Shown: piece by piece, positions 21,884-25,603 of the stretch
How the letters are laid out: every line of letters begins with the position of its first letter
Numbering within the stretch: position 1 is the first letter of the stretch
Source of the DNA: Steroidobacteraceae bacterium
Lineage (GTDB): Bacteria > Pseudomonadota > Gammaproteobacteria > Steroidobacterales > Steroidobacteraceae
Assembly (NCBI GenBank): GCA_035566155.1
Contig: DATMRM010000155.1
Span: forward strand, 1 to 25,603
Direction: 5' to 3'
DNA length: 25,603 nucleotides
Program-made: the position numbers and the translations under genes
Notes under the pieces: generated by a model
Database searches by the model: none
Told to the model about the DNA's origin: nothing
The model's input: only the letters and a program-made list of their open reading frames with translations

Positions 21884-23575
21884 GTGTTACGCCATCTGCA
21901 AATCCGCGACTTCGCGATCATCGAATCGGTCGAACTGGACTTCAGCCCCGGCCTGACGGTGCTCACCGGTGAAACCGGCGCCGGCAAGTCCATCCTGGTC
22001 GATGCGCTGGAACTGCTCTCCGGCGGCCGGGCGGAAAAGGATGTGATCCGCGCCGGTGCAGACAAGGCCGATATCACAGCAACGATTGATATTTCGAAAA
22101 TCGCAGGTGAGCTGCGCCATATTCTGGAACAGCAATCGATCACCAGTGACGTGGATCTGATGGTGCGCCGGGTCGTCAGCAGCGACGGGCGCACCCGCGC
22201 CTGGCTGAATGGCCAGTCGGTGCCGTTGCAGCTGGTGCGCAGCGTGACCGAACTGCTGTTCGATATTCACGGTCAGCACGAGTTCCAGTCGCTTGTGCGG
22301 CCGGCGACTCAGCGCGCACTGGTGGACACCTACGGCAAGCTCGAAGCTCTCAGCGGACAGGTGCGGGCGGCACACAGCACCTGGCTGGCACTGCTCAATC
22401 GCAGCGTCGAGCTGGAAGCCGCCGCCAGCGACCGCGGCTCGCGGCTGGAGCTGCTGCGACATCAGGTCCGGGAGATTGAGGCGCTGCAGATCAAGCCGGG
22501 TGAGACCGCGCAACTGAAGGAAGAGCGCTCGCGGGTGGCCAACAGCAGCCGACTGATCGAAGGGGTGCGCGCCTCATTGGAATGCCTGTTTGAATCCGAC
22601 CAAGCCAGCGCCCACGCCCTGCTCTCGAAGTCACTGTCATCGCTGCGGCAGGCCAGCCACCTGGACCCGCAGCTCGACCCATTCGCGGCGCTGCTGGACG
22701 AGGCGCTGATCCGCGTCACCGATGCGAGCCACTCGCTGCAGCAGTACCTCGACGCGCTGGACCTCGATCCACAGCGCGGCGACGCGATCGAGCGCCGGCT
22801 GGCGGCCTTCGAGGAGCTGGCGCGCAAACACCGCATCTCGCCCGACGCGCTGCTGGAGAAACAGTCGGAGCTGACATTGCAGCTGGGCGGACTGGAACAC
22901 GCCGCCGCCGACCTGACGACGGTGCGCACCCAACTGGCCGCTGCCGGAAACAGCTACCACGAAATCGCCCGGCAACTCTCTGCACGACGTACGACCGCCG
23001 CGCGCGGGCTGGCCAAAGAGATCTCGGCGCGCATGCAGGAGCTCGGCATGGCCGGTGGCCGCTTCCTGATCGATGTCACCCAGAACGAGCACGCCGAGCC
23101 CACCGCCAATGGGCTCGATCAGATCGAGTTTCGGGTAAGCACCAATCCGGGCCAGCCACCGCGGGCGATCGCCAAAGTCGCCTCCGGCGGCGAGCTGGCG
23201 CGCCTGTCATTGGCAGTACAGGTCTCCTGCGCGGAGAGTGGCGCCGGCTGCATGGTGTTCGACGAAGTGGATGCCGGCATCGGTGGCGCAGTGGCGGAGA
23301 TCGTCGGCCGTGAACTGCGCGCACTGGGGGAACGCGGCCAGGTACTGTGCGTCACGCATCTGCCACAGGTGGCCGCACAGGGTCATCAGCATCTGCGTGT
23401 CGCCAAGAAGAGCGAGGGCAAGCTCACCCGCACGACCGTCACGCCGTTGAGCGCGGAAGCGAGCGTTGACGAAATTGCGCGCATGCTGGGCGGGGTGGAA
23501 ATCACCGCACGGGCCCGGGCTCACGCGCAGGAAATGCTGTCGAAGGTGCCCACCAGCAAACGCAAGAGCGGCTAG
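21884..23575 (+). CDS. recN: DNA repair protein RecN (SMC-like)
   Basis: 563 aa; LTGETGAGKSI Walker A, IHGQHE Q-loop, coiled coil, ASGGELARL signature, FDEVDAGIGG, CVTHLPQVAA. Confidence 0.98.
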   Translation: MLRHLQIRDFAIIESVELDFSPGLTVLTGETGAGKSILVDALELLSGGRAEKDVIRAGADKADITATIDISKIAGELRHILEQQSITSDVDLMVRRVVSSDGRTRAWLNGQSVPLQLVRSVTELLFDIHGQHEFQSLVRPATQRALVDTYGKLEALSGQVRAAHSTWLALLNRSVELEAAASDRGSRLELLRHQVREIEALQIKPGETAQLKEERSRVANSSRLIEGVRASLECLFESDQASAHALLSKSLSSLRQASHLDPQLDPFAALLDEALIRVTDASHSLQQYLDALDLDPQRGDAIERRLAAFEELARKHRISPDALLEKQSELTLQLGGLEHAAADLTTVRTQLAAAGNSYHEIARQLSARRTTAARGLAKEISARMQELGMAGGRFLIDVTQNEHAEPTANGLDQIEFRVSTNPGQPPRAIAKVASGGELARLSLAVQVSCAESGAGCMVFDEVDAGIGGAVAEIVGRELRALGERGQVLCVTHLPQVAAQGHQHLRVAKKSEGKLTRTTVTPLSAEASVDEIARMLGGVEITARARAHAQEMLSKVPTSKRKSG

Positions 23576-24018
23576 CTCGGTACCTTTACTCGTCCCTGTT
23601 TCTTGGCCGGACAGTCGACGCGCTGACAGCGGCCATACAGCACCATCGAATGTTCATGGATGCGATAGCCAAGGCGCGTTGCGATCGAATTCTGCTTGGC
23701 CTCGATCTCCGGATCCACGAACTCTTCCACGGCGCCACAGTCCATACACACGATGTGATCATGGTGAGTGCCGTGGTTGATCTCGAACACCGCCATTCCG
23801 TCCTCGAAATGGTGGCGCGCGACCAGGCCGGCGCTCTCGAACTGAGTGAGCACCCGATAGACCGTCGCCAATCCAATGTCTTCACTGGAGTCGAGCAGCT
23901 TCTTGTAGATCTCTTCGGCCGACATGTGTCGCGTAGCGCTGTGCTCAAGAATCTCAAGGATCTTGAGCCGCGGCAGAGTGACCTTAAGACCGGCCCGACG
24001 CAGATCTTTGCCTTCCAC
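23572..24018 (-). CDS. fur: Ferric uptake regulator Fur
   Basis: 148 aa from GTG 24018 (GAGGT SD); AGLKVTLPRLKIL, IGLATVYRVLTQFE, HHDHIVCMDCG. Confidence 0.96.
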   Translation of the reverse strand: MEGKDLRRAGLKVTLPRLKILEILEHSATRHMSAEEIYKKLLDSSEDIGLATVYRVLTQFESAGLVARHHFEDGMAVFEINHGTHHDHIVCMDCGAVEEFVDPEIEAKQNSIATRLGYRIHEHSMVLYGRCQRVDCPAKKQGRVKVPS

Positions 24019-24032
24019 GCTACACCTCACGG

Positions 24033-24039
24033 TATGATG
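24033..24039. promoter_or_regulatory. Overlapping bidirectional -10 elements (fur / bamE)
   Basis: TATGATG gives TATGAT on plus (24033-24038) and CATCAT on minus (24039-24034) within a 27-bp gap between divergent start codons. Confidence 0.5.
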
Positions 24040-24045
24040 AGTGGC

Positions 24046-24396
24046 ATGAGAATTATCCCACTATTTGCACTGCTCGGGGCCCTCAGTGGCTGCGTCTATC
24101 GCATGCCCATCCAGCAGGGCAACTATCTGGACCCGGCAGCGATTGCCCAAGTCAAAGTCGGCATGACGCACAGCCAGGTGCGCTTCCTGCTGGGCACTCC
24201 CATGGTGCCGGGTGCCTTTGACGACGCGCGCTGGGACTACGACTACTATCTCAAGATCAGACGACTGCGTGGCCCCGCGACCGGACACGCGACGGTGTAC
24301 TTCCAGAACAATCTGGTCACACGCGTCATCAGCGACGTCAAGGAACCTCCGATGCTGCCGGGCCTGGGCCGGCCGATCGCGCCCCGCCCCAATTAG
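24046..24396 (+). CDS. bamE: Outer membrane protein assembly factor BamE (SmpA/OmlA lipoprotein)
   Basis: 116 aa; lipobox LSG|C, YRMPIQQGN, VKVGMTHSQVRFLLGTPM, RWDYDY; divergent from fur. In-frame ATGs at 24034 and 24037 are alternative starts. Confidence 0.95.
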   Translation: MRIIPLFALLGALSGCVYRMPIQQGNYLDPAAIAQVKVGMTHSQVRFLLGTPMVPGAFDDARWDYDYYLKIRRLRGPATGHATVYFQNNLVTRVISDVKEPPMLPGLGRPIAPRPN

Positions 24397-24423
24397 CACC
24401 GCCGCTGCCTGTCGCCAGCACGC

Positions 24424-24711
24424 TTAGCGTTTGTCGCCGCGATGGGGCAAGGCCCGCTCGCGTCGCTTGGCACGCGGGTCCAGCTGCAGCGGCCGATACA
24501 GTTCAATCCGATCGCCATCGGCGAACACATGGCTGCGTACGCGCAGCCTACCGTAGATACCGATTGCAGTGTGTTCCCAGTCCGTGGCGCCCTCGCCCAG
24601 CTGGTCACGCGCTGCCGCCAGCGCGCGATCGATCGTGGCGTCATCCGGCAACTCCAGCTCACACGCCAGCAGCCCTGCCGCGGTATCGCACACGACGCTG
24701 CAGTGCTTCAA
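24424..24711 (-). CDS. ratB: RnfH/RatB (YfjF) family ubiquitin-like protein
   Basis: 95 aa from TTG 24711 overlapping the ratA stop (TTGA); IGIYGR...DGDRIELYRPLQLDPRAKRRERA motif. Confidence 0.88.
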   Translation of the reverse strand: MKHCSVVCDTAAGLLACELELPDDATIDRALAAARDQLGEGATDWEHTAIGIYGRLRVRSHVFADGDRIELYRPLQLDPRAKRRERALPHRGDKR

Positions 24712-25139
24712 GCCGGCATGCTCTGCGCGCGGATGACGAAGGCCCGCACCAACGAGGCGGCGGTCTCTTCGAACAGCGGCTCGAACAGCGCCGATTTGAG
24801 CAGGTTCGAGAACTGAAAGCGCAGCGAGAGCTCGATGCGGCAGCCATTGCTGGCGACCGGTGTGAAACTCCATTTCCCCTCGAGCATCCGAAACGGGCCG
24901 TCCACCAGATCCATCTGCATGCTGCGCCCGGGTTCCAGGCGATTGCGGGTCGTGAATTCGGTGCGCAGCGGACCGCGCCGGACAGCCAGTCGCGCAACCA
25001 TTTCAGTCGCGCTGCGTTCCAGTACTTTCGCCTCGGTGCAACCCGGAACGAACTGCGGATACCGCTCCACGTCTTCGACTACCTGATAGACCAGTTCCGG
25101 CGAGCGTGCCACGAGGGCCGAACGCGTCATTTCTCGCAT
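24708..25139 (-). CDS. ratA: RatA/YfjG/PasT family START-domain (Coq10-like) protein
   Basis: 143 aa from ATG 25139; SALVARSPELVYQVVEDVERYPQFVPGC, FTTRN, LVDGPFRMLEGKWSF, CRIELSLRFQF. Confidence 0.93.
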   Translation of the reverse strand: MREMTRSALVARSPELVYQVVEDVERYPQFVPGCTEAKVLERSATEMVARLAVRRGPLRTEFTTRNRLEPGRSMQMDLVDGPFRMLEGKWSFTPVASNGCRIELSLRFQFSNLLKSALFEPLFEETAASLVRAFVIRAQSMPA

Positions 25140-25145
25140 CGATCC

Positions 25146-25174
25146 AGTTTGGCTTAAGCTTGTCGCACCGACAA
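25146..25174 (-). promoter_or_regulatory. Candidate promoter giving a leaderless ratA-ratB mRNA
   Basis: TTGTCG (25174-25169) - 17 nt - CAAACT (25151-25146) - 6 nt - ATG; no usable SD before ratA. Confidence 0.45.
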
Positions 25175-25226
25175 CATCAAATACGCGTCGGGCGGCCCAG
25201 CCGCTGCCCGATTCAAGAGGAATCCA

Positions 25227-25358
25227 ATGCCCACCAAGACGGCGAGTCTGGCGCTGAACCTTGCTTTCATTGTTGCTGTTTCCGCAGCGGGTGCGGCCTC
25301 CGACAACACCTCCTCGAGCGCATCGATGGCACCCCCGATCTCGTCGAGCAGATCGTGA
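25227..25358 (+). CDS. Possible 43-aa small protein with a signal-peptide-like N-terminus (not in the ORF track)
   Basis: AAGAGGA SD, 5-nt spacer, ATG; reads [43 protein letters not shown]. Competing frames exist. Confidence 0.35.
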   Translation: MPTKTASLALNLAFIVAVSAAGAASDNTSSSASMAPPISSSRS

Positions 25359-25371
25359 AGGCACACAGCTG

Positions 25372-25603
25372 ATGGCCAAGGCGGAAAGCCCGCAGCGCGT
25401 GATTGCCGAGAACCGGCGCGCACGCTTCGATTACTTCATCGAGGAGCGCTTCGAAGCCGGACTCGCGCTGGAGGGCTGGGAGGTCAAGTCGATGCGTGCG
25501 GGTCGCGCGCAGCTGGCCGAAGCCTACGTCTATGTGCGCAACGGCGAAGCATTCCTGATCGGTGCGCACCTGTCGCCGCTGCGCACCACCTCGACCCACA
25601 AGA
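25372..25603 (+). CDS. smpB: SsrA-binding protein SmpB, 5' part (runs off the window)
   Basis: [53 protein letters not shown]...GAHLSPL; GAAGG SD upstream. Confidence 0.96.
   Translation, partial: MAKAESPQRVIAENRRARFDYFIEERFEAGLALEGWEVKSMRAGRAQLAEAYVYVRNGEAFLIGAHLSPLRTTSTHK

Noticed and set aside
24039-24057. Fur-box-like GAGTGGCATGAGAATTATC over the fur promoter and bamE start
   Set aside because: Only 11/19 matches to GATAATGATAATCATTATC, concentrated in one half; too weak to call autoregulation.
24424-25139. ratA-ratB as a novel toxin-antitoxin or defence module
   Set aside because: A conserved core-genome pair at the standard smpB-ratA-ratB-bamE-fur locus; already well described.
25140-25371. 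tmRNA (ssrA) or another known ncRNA next to smpB
   Set aside because: No GGGGCTGA-type 5' end, tRNA-like domain or CCA 3' end on either strand, and the gap is too short.

Overview
This is a high-GC, gene-dense core-genome block from a gammaproteobacterium. The combination of hrcA, separate nuoC/nuoD and a secG-tRNA-Leu-nuoA junction suggests the Xanthomonadales/Steroidobacterales/Chromatiales grade; this placement is an inference. On the minus strand it carries hrcA-grpE-dnaK-dnaJ-dapB, carA-carB-greA, rlmE-ftsH-folP-glmM, tpiA-secG-tRNA-Leu(GAG), nuoA-B-C-D-(E, partial), fur and ratA-ratB. On the plus strand it carries yhbY, nadK-recN, bamE and a partial smpB. I found no mobile element, CRISPR array, defence gene, pseudogene or unknown multi-gene module, and I cannot support a claim of a new protein-coding system. 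The interesting signal is in the short intergenic regions. (1) Two divergent gene pairs separated by 27-28 bp share the same overlapping bidirectional -10 geometry and predict leaderless mRNAs; a third leaderless candidate is ratA. (2) The carA leader has a promoter, two hairpins and a 28-codon uORF. (3) A terminator-like, RBS-occluding hairpin lies inside the predicted nuoA leader. (4) An unexplained 232-bp coding-like gap sits between ratA and smpB. (5) Sigma32-type promoters occur without any CIRCE element despite hrcA. All promoter and RNA-structure calls were made by eye and are untested.
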